Origin: a bacterium
GTDB lineage: Bacteria > UBA8248 > JACPRG01 > G963555815
DNA: 64,000 nucleotides
Direction: 5' to 3'
Assembly: GCA_965261595.1 (NCBI GenBank)
Contig: CBDHDG010000007.1
Span: 832,001-896,000 of the forward strand
Shown: in pieces, positions 1-10,083 of the stretch
Position numbering within the stretch: position 1 is the first letter of the stretch
Layout: every line of letters begins with the position of its first letter
Translations under genes and position numbers: made by a program
The notes under the pieces: model-generated
Database searches by the model: none
Told to the model about the DNA's origin: nothing
The model's input: only the letters and a program-made list of their open reading frames with translations

Positions 1-204
1 GTTCGGAGTAAGAAAAGGCGGAGTGGAGTGTGCCGGATAGAAACTTTTTGGGGCTTTGAAAAGGGTCCCATGTAGGGTTAGTTCGAGGCCCCTGGGACCC
101 CCCAAGAGCCGCGAGGCGTCTGAATGGGTCGCGGCCTCTGAACCGGGGGCCAAAAGGGGCTAACATGCCTCGCAGGGGTCCCTTGAGTCACGGAGGAGAA
201 AAAC

Positions 205-351
205 ATGACAGGGGCAAAATCTTCAGCAATCCTGACGGTTCTCGGTATTCTGGCGGTACTACTGGTTAGCTGCGAATCTGGTCAAGAGAGTCGTGCAAAG
301 CGAAGCCAACCGAAAACCTTGAAAGAGAGTCTCTCGCTATGCGGGAATTAA
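205..351 (+). CDS. Short putative lipoprotein, probably truncated (48 aa)
   Basis: GGAGGAG RBS, ATG at 205; MTGAKSSAILTVLGILAVLLVS-C has a lipobox-like signal; TAA abuts a palindrome. Confidence 0.45.
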   Translation: MTGAKSSAILTVLGILAVLLVSCESGQESRAKRSQPKTLKESLSLCGN

Positions 352-393
352 GGGGACACCATACTTATTTCTGGAATTATGCATGGTGTCCCC
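352..393. repeat. Palindromic element GGGGACACCAT...ATGGTGTCCCC
   Basis: Perfect 11-bp inverted repeat around a 20-nt AT-rich, partly paired centre. Confidence 0.7.
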
Positions 394-788
394 AAATCCA
401 TCTCAGATCGAAAAAATGGTTGCCGGATCATTGAATTCGTATTAGTTTCGTTCTATGGATTGGGCCTGCCGGAATGGAAGATTCATTGGATTGGGACAGG
501 GAGCGGTCGGCGATCCCCTCTCCGCGGGGGTGGAGCGGTTGAAAAACATAAAAGTACGATCCAAACCCAAAGGCGGAACAAGAATAAAATCAATCTGTTT
601 TGAATTCGAGACAACATGAAATCAGGTTATTGACCTAGCAGTTGGTTGAATCGCCCGTTTCCCCCCCCCTGCCGTTGGCCCCTTGCGGCCGCCCATTCAT
701 GCGGTAAACTCCAGGGGCGGCTGTTTCAAGCCTTTCCTTGGCGGCGCCGGAGGAAGCTTCTCCTGGAAACCATTTAAGGAACGACAAA

Positions 789-1904
789 ATGCCCCCCCCA
801 CCCCCTCACCCCCCCATCGCCGTCCTCGGCGGAGGGAACGGCGCGCACGCCCTGGCGGCGGACGCCGCTCTTCAGGGTTACCGCGTCCGGATGTACGAAG
901 ACCCGGCGTTCGAAGAGCATTTCCGCCCCACGCGCGAGGCGGGGAAGATCGAGCTCATCGCACCTCACCGAAGCGGCGTCGCGTCGCTCGATTGCGCCAC
1001 GCACGACATGGCCGAGGCCCTTGAAGGCGTCTCCCTGATCAACATCGTCACGCCCACGGGCGGCCACCCCCCGATGTTCGATCGCCTCGTTCCGCTTCTC
1101 AAGCCGGGCCACAAGGTCATCGTCTGGGCGGGACGGTTCGGCGGCATGCGCCTCGCCAAGCGCATCCTCGACGCGGGGAAGGCGGACGAAGGTGTCGCCG
1201 TCGCCGAGACCAACACCCTGCCCTACGGGACGCGCCTCACCGGCCCGGCCCGGGTGACGGTCTTCTACCCGGCCGTCCGAATCTTCGTGGGGACGATCCC
1301 GGCGGCGGGGTCCCCGGCGCTCACCGAAGAGATCAAGGGATTCTGCCCCATCGCCCTGCCGGCGTGGGACATCCTCTCCGCCGCGTTCCGAAACGGCGCC
1401 ATCGTCGTCTATCCGGCGGGGGCGCTGCTCAACGCCGGCCGGGTCGAGCGCTCGGGCGGCGAGTTTTTCATGTTCAGAGAGGGGATCACGCCCGCCGTCG
1501 CCCGGGTCATCCGCGCGCTCTACGGGGAGCTCGAGGCGGTCGGCGAGGCCCTGGGTCTTGACGTGGAGCGGTATCCCGAGGAGGCCTTCGACCCGCCGCA
1601 CTCCATCGAGAAGGAGGAGTTCAGCGACCCCTCGGGCTCGTCGGCGCCGCTGAACAACCTCAAGGGCCCGGTCTCGATCCCGACGCGCTATCTCTACGAG
1701 AACCTCCGGGACGCCTTGGCCGTTGTGGCCGAGCTGGGCCGGGTCGCGGGCGTGCCGACGCCCGGGTGCGAGGCGATGGTCCGCCTGGGCGGGATGCTCA
1801 CCGGCGAGGATTTCTGGGCCGGCCGGCAGGGGCTGGAGACGATGGGCCTCGACGGCCTGGACGCGGAGGGGATCAGGGAAAGACTGGCCAGGGGTCTGTC
1901 TTAA
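789..1904 (+). CDS. NAD/NADP-dependent opine (octopine/nopaline) dehydrogenase family protein
   Basis: IAVLGGGNGAHALAAD Rossmann motif, AETNTLPY and RYLYE motifs; start placed at ATG 789 after AAGGA. Confidence 0.85.
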   Translation: MPPPPPHPPIAVLGGGNGAHALAADAALQGYRVRMYEDPAFEEHFRPTREAGKIELIAPHRSGVASLDCATHDMAEALEGVSLINIVTPTGGHPPMFDRLVPLLKPGHKVIVWAGRFGGMRLAKRILDAGKADEGVAVAETNTLPYGTRLTGPARVTVFYPAVRIFVGTIPAAGSPALTEEIKGFCPIALPAWDILSAAFRNGAIVVYPAGALLNAGRVERSGGEFFMFREGITPAVARVIRALYGELEAVGEALGLDVERYPEEAFDPPHSIEKEEFSDPSGSSAPLNNLKGPVSIPTRYLYENLRDALAVVAELGRVAGVPTPGCEAMVRLGGMLTGEDFWAGRQGLETMGLDGLDAEGIRERLARGLS

Positions 1905-1911
1905 CGGCTTG

Positions 1912-1965
1912 TTAGGGGGGCCTTTTTGAAAACTGCCCCCCCTAAGATCCCCCGGAAAACTTTTT
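1912..1965 (+). repeat. Intergenic hairpin repeat, related copy at 55808-55852
   Basis: TTAGGGGGGC-CTTTTTGAAAACT-GCCCCCCCTAA followed by CCCCGGAAAAC. Confidence 0.55.
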
Positions 1966-2152
1966 GCGGCCAAGCCTTTGGCTTGGCCTTTTCGCGTTGT
2001 GGGTCGAGCTGTTCATCGTGGGGTTTTACCGCGCGGAGCGGTCGGACGATCCGACTTGAGCGAGTGAAACCGAACCCCAATTTCTTGACATCTCCCAGGC
2101 CAGGCCTAAAAATAAAATCGTCTAAGAAGTGATGACTCAAGCCATGACCGAT

Positions 2153-2229
2153 GCGCCCTTAGCTCAATTGGATAGAGCGTCGGACTACGGATCCGAAGGT
2201 TGGAGGTTCGATTCCTCTAGGGCGTACCA
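2153..2229 (+). tRNA. tRNA-Arg(ACG)
   Basis: Cloverleaf GCGCCCTTAGCTCAATTGGATAGAGC...GGTTCGATTCC...ACCA; anticodon arm TCGGA-CTACGGA-TCCGA. Confidence 0.97.
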
Positions 2230-2244
2230 TTTCTGTTTGCGGAG

Positions 2245-2733
2245 TTGATCTCCCGCGTGCCTGACCCGGATCTTCGGTGGATGCGCCGCGCGGTCGATCT
2301 GGCCGAAGAGGCGGCCCGGGCGGAAGAGGTGCCCGTCGGGGCGGTGATCGTCCGGGACGGGAAGGTCGTCGCCGAGGCCCGAAACGAGGTCGAGGCGCTG
2401 GGAGATCCCACCGCGCACGCCGAGATGCTTGCGATCCGGCGGGCGGCGGGAGAACTCGGCCGGCCCCGGCTGGAGGGGGCGGCCCTGTATACAACGCTGG
2501 AGCCCTGCGCCATGTGCGCGGGGGCCGTCCTCCTCGCGCGGGTCGACCGGCTGGTGTTCGCGGCCCGGGACCCCAAGGGAGGATGCGCGGGCAGTCTGTA
2601 TGACCTGTTGACCGACCCGCGGTTCAATCACCGGGTCGTGGTGGCGAAGGGCCCGCTAGCCGAGGAGTCGGCCGGCCTGCTTCAAGCGTTCTTCCGGGCG
2701 CGCCGGAACGCGGCGGAGGAAACGCGCGGCTAG
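2245..2733 (+). CDS. tadA: tRNA adenosine(34) deaminase
   Basis: EVPVGAVIV, DPTAHAE and TLEPCAMC motifs, FF..RR C-terminus; start may be GTG 2257. Confidence 0.95.
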   Translation: MISRVPDPDLRWMRRAVDLAEEAARAEEVPVGAVIVRDGKVVAEARNEVEALGDPTAHAEMLAIRRAAGELGRPRLEGAALYTTLEPCAMCAGAVLLARVDRLVFAARDPKGGCAGSLYDLLTDPRFNHRVVVAKGPLAEESAGLLQAFFRARRNAAEETRG

Positions 2734-2760
2734 CGGAGGAGGAAGACCGGAGCACCCGTC

Positions 2761-2850
<90 letters not shown>

Positions 2851-3103
2851 ACAACTAGTAGTAAATCATTTATTATAAATCACTTATCTTGTATTGAAAA
2901 AATAGGTTATCACTAATGTTATCAATTCTCCATTATTTGCCGTCTCATCTTCACCGCGGTAAGCTTCTCGTCTCTGAAGCGTAGTGAAGCCGGGCAGCTG
3001 GCTTGGCGTGATGACCGTTTCCGGCGCTGGCGGCCGGTATCCTAGGCTGCTATATGGGCGGACCGTTTTGTTGTGGTACCACCATGCCTCGATGAGGGCC
3101 TAG

Positions 3104-4783
3104 CCCGCATTTCCCATTTGGGTCATAAGATTCGACAGACCGAAAGGCGCTTTCTCATGTAAAATCAGCGTGTTGGCTTCCCCCTGCCACGTTCTCGCGG
3201 GGTAACCCTATGGGTGAAGCGAAAAAGACGGCATTGCGGGTCCATTTTAACCGTAGGCTGAGGCTTGACTTTCACGGAGCCAGAATCACTTCAGATACAG
3301 GATTGCTGGCCTGCCGGGAGTTGGATGATGCGCTGGGTTTGACGGTGAGAGCGCCAGCCCACTTGCAAGAGATCCGTCATGGCCGGAACGTCCAGCATGA
3401 GTTGGTGCCGCTATTGCGCCAGTCACTCTATAGTCGCCTGGCCGGGTACGAGGACACCAACGATGCTGAGCGATTGGCGAGAGACCCTGCTATGCAAGCC
3501 GTAGTTGGCCGGCGGGCACTTGAGAAGCAGGCGGCCAGTACCAACACATGGAGCCGGTTCGAGACTGAAGTTCTCTGCAGCGAGGAGAACCTGAGTAGGC
3601 TGAGGCAACTGAACACGGAATGGGTAGAGCGGGCCATGAGCCGCACGCCGCATCAGCGGGTCATCCTGGACATGGATAGCTCGGAAAGCCGGGTGCACGG
3701 ACAGCAGGAAGGGACTGCCTATAACGGTCACTTCGGTTCCCTCTGCTACCATCCCTTATTCTGCTTCAACCAGTTTGGGGACTGCGAGGGGGCGATGTTG
3801 CGTCCGGGCAACGTTCACAGCGCCGATGGGTGGCGAAAGTTGTTGGAGCCCATCACGGCCCGCTATGAGCACGCGGATGTTCGCCGTTCCTTTCGGGCCG
3901 ATGCCGCCTTTACGAGCCCCGAGGTCCATGAGTACTTGGAAGAGCGTGGCTTCCTCCACGCCATCCGGCTCCCTGCGAACGAAGTGCTCTACCCACGGAT
4001 CGACTTCCTGCTGACTCGCCCGGTCGGTCGCCCGCCCAAGAGACCCATCATCTTCTATCACGACTTCCGGTATCAGGCTGGAAGCTGGGACCACCCCCGA
4101 GGGGTGGTGGCGAAGGTGGAATGGCACTCAGGCGAACTCTTCCCTCGCGTCGGATTCATTGTCACGAACCTGACGGCTCGACCCGAGGGGGTCGTGCACT
4201 TCTACAACCAGCGAGGCACAGCCGAGCAATGGATCAAGGAAGGCAAGTACGCCCTGAACTGGACACGCCCTTCCTGTCACCGGTTCGTGTGCAACCAGGT
4301 GCGGCTCCTTCTCTTCGTCCTGGGGTACAACCTGGGCAATTTCCTGCGGAGGCTAGCCTTGCCCAGGGGGCTCAAGCACTGGTCGCTGCGAAGCCTCCAG
4401 GTCAAGCTCATCAAAATGGGCGGCCGGATTGTGCGCCATGTCCGGCACATCATCTTTCAGTTGGCCGAGGTAGCCGTATCCAGGGAGGTGTTCGCTCTCA
4501 TCCTGGACCGGATCAACCGATTGCGGCCCGTACCTGTCCAACCGCTCTCAGCGCAGTCCACCCGAGGACAAAATGGTGAATGTTCTGTCCCTTCCAGATG
4601 ACCTGCTGGGAAGGCTCGCCTACCCGGAGGGGTGGCATGATTTTCAATGGTGGACAACGCTCCGATTAGGGTTTCAGGCACCTGAAATGCGATTGACAGG
4701 TCCGGGAGAGAGGGGTCTAATTGACTTAAACAGCAACGAGTGGTCGGTACAGGCCTGTCCGGATTTGATATGGGAAATTCCGG
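3104..4783 (+). mobile_element. IS1380-family insertion sequence
   Basis: IRL CCCGCATTTCCCAT, IRR ATGGGAAATTCCGG (12/14 inverted match); no target duplication seen. Confidence 0.88.
3210..4601 (+). CDS. IS1380-family DDE transposase
   Basis: ITSDTGLL, ILDMDSS, FRADAAF and YNQRGTAEQWIKEGK motifs. Confidence 0.93.
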   Translation: MGEAKKTALRVHFNRRLRLDFHGARITSDTGLLACRELDDALGLTVRAPAHLQEIRHGRNVQHELVPLLRQSLYSRLAGYEDTNDAERLARDPAMQAVVGRRALEKQAASTNTWSRFETEVLCSEENLSRLRQLNTEWVERAMSRTPHQRVILDMDSSESRVHGQQEGTAYNGHFGSLCYHPLFCFNQFGDCEGAMLRPGNVHSADGWRKLLEPITARYEHADVRRSFRADAAFTSPEVHEYLEERGFLHAIRLPANEVLYPRIDFLLTRPVGRPPKRPIIFYHDFRYQAGSWDHPRGVVAKVEWHSGELFPRVGFIVTNLTARPEGVVHFYNQRGTAEQWIKEGKYALNWTRPSCHRFVCNQVRLLLFVLGYNLGNFLRRLALPRGLKHWSLRSLQVKLIKMGGRIVRHVRHIIFQLAEVAVSREVFALILDRINRLRPVPVQPLSAQSTRGQNGECSVPSR

Positions 4784-5338
4784 TTCATTCATGAGGCCGT
4801 CCTGGCGATGTCGGACGGGCCTCCATAAGGCGTTGAAAGAGGAATTCCTGGTGTCCTGAAAATCAGAGAAATGGAGAGGGCGATGATCGGGCGAATTCTC
4901 TGGAAATACGTTCTTGGTTGCGTGCTGACGGCGGTGCTGGCGGTGGCGCCGATGGCCGGCTCCGCTGAGGCGGCAAAAAAGATCCGCGTCGCCATTGCCT
5001 TCAATGGGCCCATTAAAGACTTGGGTTGGGCCCAAGGGGGGTTCAACGGGGCCATGAAGCTCAAGGAAGACCCCGGCGTGGCGGAGGTCACATTCCATGA
5101 GAGAATCAAGAACGCTGACATCGAGCGGACGCTGCGGCGATGGGCGGTTGCGGGATACGACCTCATCATCGGACACAGTTTCGAGTTTGGCGAGCCTGCC
5201 TTAAAGGTGGCCCCCAGCTTCCCGAACAGCGTCTTCGCCGTGCCCTATTTTTTCAAGACGGGTGGGAACCCGAATATGGTGACCTACGGGCCTGGACCGC
5301 CCCTGGGTTATTGGACACTCGGGTGAGGGTATTCGACC

Positions 5339-6247
5339 TCATGCGGCCTCCGCAACTTGAGCGAGTTTTTCCTGCCTTGCCTGGGCCGGCGTTCGGTAGC
5401 CGTAGCCCTCGAGAATCCAATGATGGTTGTACAGGTTCTTGAACTCAAGCAGCGCCCACCGCAGTTCCTCTACGGTGGCGAAAGAGCGCACCCACAGGAG
5501 ATTCTCCTTCAAGATGCGGATGAACCACTCACAGTAGCCATTTCCCTCGGGCGCCCGCACGAAGCTGGGCGAACTGGTCATGCCCAGGTAGGCGATCTCC
5601 CGCTGAAAGTCATCGGACAGATAGGCGGGGCCGTGGTCGTGACGAACTTTAAGCCCCTCGGCGACATCCGCCTCCAAGCCGGCGAAGCGCTCGGCGACCC
5701 CCTGCCGGATCGGCTCCAGGGCCTCGAAGCGGTTGCCGCTCTTGGCCGCATGGATCCCCACGCAGTCCACCGAGCAGTGATCCACCGCCACGAACACCGA
5801 GGCCATCCCCTCCTCGGTGGTCACCGTCGTCGTCATGTCCGTGCCCCACATTCGGTCGGGCCGCTCGGTGCGGATGGTCCCGTTGTGGGCCTTGGGACCT
5901 CGGGGTTTGCCCACCCGGTGGGGGGCCTGAAGCCCCGCCTCCCGCATCAGGCGACGCACCCGCTCCTTGCTGGTGCGGATGCCCGCGAAGCGCAGCCTCG
6001 CCCACACCTTGCGGTAGCCCTCGCCATGGAAGGGAGAGTCCTCCAGGACCTGCCGGATGTGGCCGAGGAGTTCCGCATCGGTGCACGGGCCCACAGGGCC
6101 GCGCTTATTGGGCGTGGGGCGTTCATGAACGGGGACCGCCTCTCGCCGCCGTTGCGCGTAGACCGTGGAGCGCGCCAAGCCTCAAAGGGCGCACACCCGC
6201 TTCAGGCCGTAGGCTCTGCCCGTGGAGGTGAAGCGGGCCTGACTCAT
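5339..6247 (-). pseudogene. IS3 OrfB DDE transposase with nonsense mutation
   Basis: Trp codon TGG of the other copies is TGA here. Confidence 0.85.
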
Positions 6248-6630
6248 CGCCTCCACCTCCTGCCGGCTAAAGGGCGGCCGGCCTCCAGGCGGTCGATCTT
6301 CTCCCGCAGGACCTCGCCCTCCATCGTGAGTTCGCCCACCTTGGCCTTGAGCCGGGCGTTCTCCTCGGCCCGCTCATCCGCCGGGCGGGCTTTGAGCGCC
6401 GCCTCGCCCCCGCGAAGGAACGCCTCGCGCCAGGCGGAAAGCCGAGCCGCTGTCGTGCCCAACTCGCGGCAGAGCGTCTCCAGGCTCTCGCCCCGCAAAA
6501 GACGCAGGACCGCCTCCCGCTTGCGCTGGCAGGAGAACCGACCCCGCTCACTGCGATGCCCTGGGGCCTTGGCTCCGTTCGCCCTGCGGGCGCCCTCCGC
6601 CAAAGCCCCCTCTTGCTTTTGTTCGTTCAT
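6244..6630 (-). CDS. IS3 OrfA (HTH)
   Basis: KREAVLRLLRGESLETLCRELG HTH and coiled-coil tail. Confidence 0.88.
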   Translation of the reverse strand: MNEQKQEGALAEGARRANGAKAPGHRSERGRFSCQRKREAVLRLLRGESLETLCRELGTTAARLSAWREAFLRGGEAALKARPADERAEENARLKAKVGELTMEGEVLREKIDRLEAGRPLAGRRWRR

Positions 6631-7314
6631 CGCGACACCCCTTTCTCCATGAATCATGGATCAATCGAGTGTCCAACAAAACCCTAGAGCGGGGGAGGCC
6701 CTCGCCCCACGAGGCGTTTTACTTGGCCGGCGCCCTGGCCGCCCTGATGAGCAAGTCCAAGAAGATCGGCAGCATTGGCGGGTTCCCCATTCCCCAACAG
6801 AACGCCGAACATAACGCCTACAAGCTGGGCGCCCGTGCGGTGGTCCCCAATATCAAGGTGGCGACCGTGTTTATCAGTTCCTGGTCGGATGTCTTCAAGG
6901 GCAAGGAGGCCGCCTTAGCTATGATGGACCAGGGCGTGGATGTGGTTGTTGGAACCGGCAGCCCGATGTTGTTCGGGGCCATCAAGGCCGCGGAGGAGAG
7001 GGGGGTTTACGCCATGGGGGACTTCCTGGACGTGAACAAATCCGCGCCTGATACGGTCATCACGAGTGTCGTTTACGGCTGGCACGCCCCCTTGAAGCAG
7101 ATCGTTCTGGGCATCAAGAAGGGAAAGGTCAAGCAGGTGAACCTGCTCGGCTTGCGGGATGGCGGGGCGACGTTGGCGCCGTTCAATCGCAAGGTTCCCC
7201 CCGAGGTCGCGCAGAAAGTCCGGGGATTGGAAAAAGACATCATGGCCGGCAAGATTAAGGTTCCTTGGTTGGCCAAGAAGTTGATCGACTAGCAGGTTAC
7301 GGAAAAACGCCTAA

Positions 7315-7786
7315 CCCGCATTTCTCACCAACCGCTCAGCGGATGCATTATCGAGTGTGATTTGGAGTATTTTCTGCTGTCTGGCGCTTTGGCGGTGGAA
7401 CCAGGTCGGTGGATGGGTGAAGTTGACCCGTGAGCGGGGCTTTTTGGCCGTTTTGGCCCGGCCCCGGACGCACCCCTACCTCTCCCCCCGCTACTGCTTC
7501 ATTTTCAGGTGTGGCTTAGACGGCGGGCTCCGCCTCCGGCCCCGCGCGCAGGTTCCGCCAGGCGTGGAAGAACACCTTCACATACGGATTGCCCGAGGCC
7601 AAGGCCACCTGGATCCGCCTGACGCTCACCCGAACCTGCGCCCCGATCTTTAGCAGCCGCGTACGCACCGTCCCCACCGTCGCTTTGGCAAACGCCGTCC
7701 CCCGAAGGCCCAGACGACGCAACGCATGCATCAGTTCATAGGCCACCGCCGACAGGTAGAGCCGCAACTGGTTGGAGCGCATCCGC
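7315..7786 (-). mobile_element. IS1380-family 3' fragment related to the 28405-30099 element
   Basis: IRR CCCGCATTTCTCACC at 7315; encodes MRSNQLRLYLSAVAYELM...EPAV as in the 28496 transposase C-terminus. Confidence 0.88.
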
Positions 7787-8791
7787 GATTCAATGTCCTG
7801 AAGACGGTTCTGAGCTGGCTGGCCCGCCTAGTTCCTGCGCTAGAGGAGTGGTATCCCACGCTGCCGTCCGGACCAGTCGCGCTCCGGTTCCGGTTCCCGG
7901 ACATCGAGACATTCGGCCAGCGCGAGATTGACCTGGAGCGAACGGCGGGGGCACCTGCGGTAGCGGTGCAGGACAGAGAAATCGTGATCGACTTCCACCC
8001 GCGTTACCTGCAGAGTTTCCTTGCCCCAGGCAATCTCGGCGACCGCCTGATGATCGCAGCGATGGCACGAGGGCTGGAGGCGTTGTGCGGCAGCGAGCCT
8101 CTCGCAGAGTCAGCGATGGAGGTGTGGGTGCGAACCGTGGCGGGGTCGGATAACGACCGTTTCCTCAAGATGAGAACCAGCAGGACACCTAACGACCTCG
8201 TCTATGATGTTGCCGCGCTCCCGGAGTTGCGTCTGCCGATGCCGGAGGACCTGGCCCGGAGCCGGCTGGACCTGGCGCGGCTCGCGGGATACGAGGGCGA
8301 ACCGGGTCCGATCCCGTCCTCTCTAGCTGGGAACCTCCTCAATTCCGCGGTCGATGCGGTGTGGAAGCGCGTGGCAGAGCGGCTCGCGGGACTCTCCCGC
8401 GAGAGCACGGTCGAACGAGCGCTCCTGAACTACGTCGCCGCCTGTCAGGAGCACAGGGACTGGCTGCTCGCGATGGCGCCGCGGCTCGCTGTCTACGATG
8501 CGGCACAGATTATGGACGCCTCGACCGAGCGGATCACCTTGCGGGACATTGCCAGTCTCACGTCCCGGGTCATTGCGGAGATGGCGTTGTGTGCGTCTCC
8601 CTGCAGCGGCGGGGCCGCTTGCGCGGAGATGGACTTAGACCTTCCTGATCGCGGAGGTGTGGACGCTTGTAGAATGCGCCAACCAAAGCGATGCATTGCA
8701 CTACGGCCTCGCGGATCGGCCGCCGGTTATGCGCCCGAACGGCTCTGGACCGCCCCTGGGTTATTGGACACTCGGGTGAGGGTATTCGACC

Positions 8792-9700
8792 TCATGCGGC
8801 CTCCGCAACTTGAGCGAGTTTTTCCTGCCTTGCCTGGGCCGGCGTTCGGTAGCCGTAGCCCTCGAGAATCCAATGATGGTTGTACAGGTTCTTGAACTCA
8901 AGCAGCGCCCACCGCAGTTCCTCTACGGTGGCGAAAGAGCGCACCCACAGGAGATTCTCCTTCAAGATGCGGATGAACCACTCACAGTAGCCATTTCCCT
9001 CGGGCGCCCGCACGAAGCTGGGCGAACTGGTCATGCCCAGGTAGGCGATCTCCCGCTGAAAGTCATCGGACAGATAGGCGGGGCCGTGGTCGTGACGAAC
9101 TTTAAGCCCCTCGGCGACGTCCGCCTCCAAGCCGGCGAAGCGCTCGGCGACCCCCTGCCGGATCGGCTCCAGGGCCTCGAAGCGGTTGCCGCTCTTGGCC
9201 GCATGGATCCCCACGCAGTCCACCGAACAGTGATCCACCGCCACGAACACCGAGGCCATCCCCTCCTCGGTGGTCACCGTCGTCGTCATGTCCGTGCCCC
9301 ACATTCGGTCGGGCCGCTCGGTGCGGATGGTCCCGTTGTGGGCCTTGGGACCTCGGGGTTTGCCCACCCGGTGGGGGGCCTGAAGCCCCGCCTCCCGCAT
9401 CAGGCGACGCACCCGCTCCTTGCTGGTGCGGATGCCCGCGAAGCGCAGCCTCGCCCACACCTTGCGGTAGCCCTCGCCATGGAAGGGAGAGTCCTCCAGG
9501 ACCTGCCGGATGTGACCGAGGAGTTCCGCATCGGTGCACGGGCCCACAGGGCCGCGCTTATTGGGCGTGGGGCGTTCATGAACGGGGACCGCCTCTCGCC
9601 GCCGTTGCGCGTAGACCGTGGAGCGCGCCAAGCCCCAAAGGGCGCACACCCGCTTCAGGCCGTAGGCTCTGCCCGTGGAGGTGAAGCGGGCCTGACTCAT
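8792..9700 (-). CDS. IS3 OrfB DDE transposase
   Basis: GYRKVW, WGTDMT, RHDHGPAY and NGYCEWF motifs. Confidence 0.92.
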   Translation of the reverse strand: MSQARFTSTGRAYGLKRVCALWGLARSTVYAQRRREAVPVHERPTPNKRGPVGPCTDAELLGHIRQVLEDSPFHGEGYRKVWARLRFAGIRTSKERVRRLMREAGLQAPHRVGKPRGPKAHNGTIRTERPDRMWGTDMTTTVTTEEGMASVFVAVDHCSVDCVGIHAAKSGNRFEALEPIRQGVAERFAGLEADVAEGLKVRHDHGPAYLSDDFQREIAYLGMTSSPSFVRAPEGNGYCEWFIRILKENLLWVRSFATVEELRWALLEFKNLYNHHWILEGYGYRTPAQARQEKLAQVAEAA

Positions 9701-10083
9701 CGCCTCCACCTCCTGCCGGCTAAAGGGCGGCCGGCCTCCAGGCGGTCGATCTTCTCCCGCAGGACCTCGCCCTCCATCGTGAGTTCGCCCACCTTGGCCT
9801 TGAGCCGGGCGTTCTCCTCGTCCCGCTCATCCGCCGGGCGGGCTTTGAGCGCCGCCTCGCCCCCGCGAAGGAACGCCTCGCGCCAGGCGGAAAGCCGAGC
9901 CGCTGTCGTGCCCAACTCGCGGCAGAGCGTCTCCAGGCTCTCGCACCGCAAAAGACGCAGGACCGCCTCCCGCTTGCGCTGGCAGGAGAACCGACCCCGC
10001 TCACTGCGATGCCCTGGGGCCTTGGCTCCGTTCGCCCTACGGGCGCCCTCCGCCAAAGCCCCCTCTTGCTTTTGTTCGTTCAT
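9697..10083 (-). CDS. IS3 OrfA (HTH)
   Basis: HTH; stop overlaps the orfB start (ATGA). Confidence 0.88.
   Translation of the reverse strand: MNEQKQEGALAEGARRANGAKAPGHRSERGRFSCQRKREAVLRLLRCESLETLCRELGTTAARLSAWREAFLRGGEAALKARPADERDEENARLKAKVGELTMEGEVLREKIDRLEAGRPLAGRRWRR

Larger units (their letters stand above)
5293..6696 (-). mobile_element. IS3-family element copy 1 (1404 bp), TSD GGCC; orfB has a premature TGA at 6182-6184
   Basis: Ends TGGACCGCCCCTGGG and CCCTAGAGCGGGGGA, GGCC on both flanks. Confidence 0.95.
4871..7292 (+). pseudogene. BMP-family ABC substrate-binding protein split by IS3 copy 1
   Basis: Signal peptide and DLGWAQ/IIGHSF motifs (4871-5292); removing the IS and one GGCC restores MVTYGPSPHEAFYLAG through to the stop at 7292. 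Confidence 0.88.

Noticed and set aside
95..181. Possible long hairpin GGGACCCC..GCGAGGC / GCCTCGC..GGGGTCCC
   Set aside because: Interrupted GC-rich pairing near the window edge, with no second copy or family signature.
379..603. 74-aa ORF
   Set aside because: It starts inside the palindrome and has no RBS or recognisable motif.
2851..3103. SRP RNA (ffs), often found after tadA-tRNA-Ser
   Set aside because: No CAGG..GGAAG.AGCAG domain IV motif; the region looks like an island junction instead.
5357..6652. 431-aa ORF, and its copies at 8810, 15270, 16314 and 19545
   Set aside because: Antisense shadow of IS3 orfAB; repeated only because the IS is repeated.
3104..7786. Composite IS1380 transposon carrying the BMP gene
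   Set aside because: The second element is a truncated fragment with no outer end, and no flanking duplication is visible.
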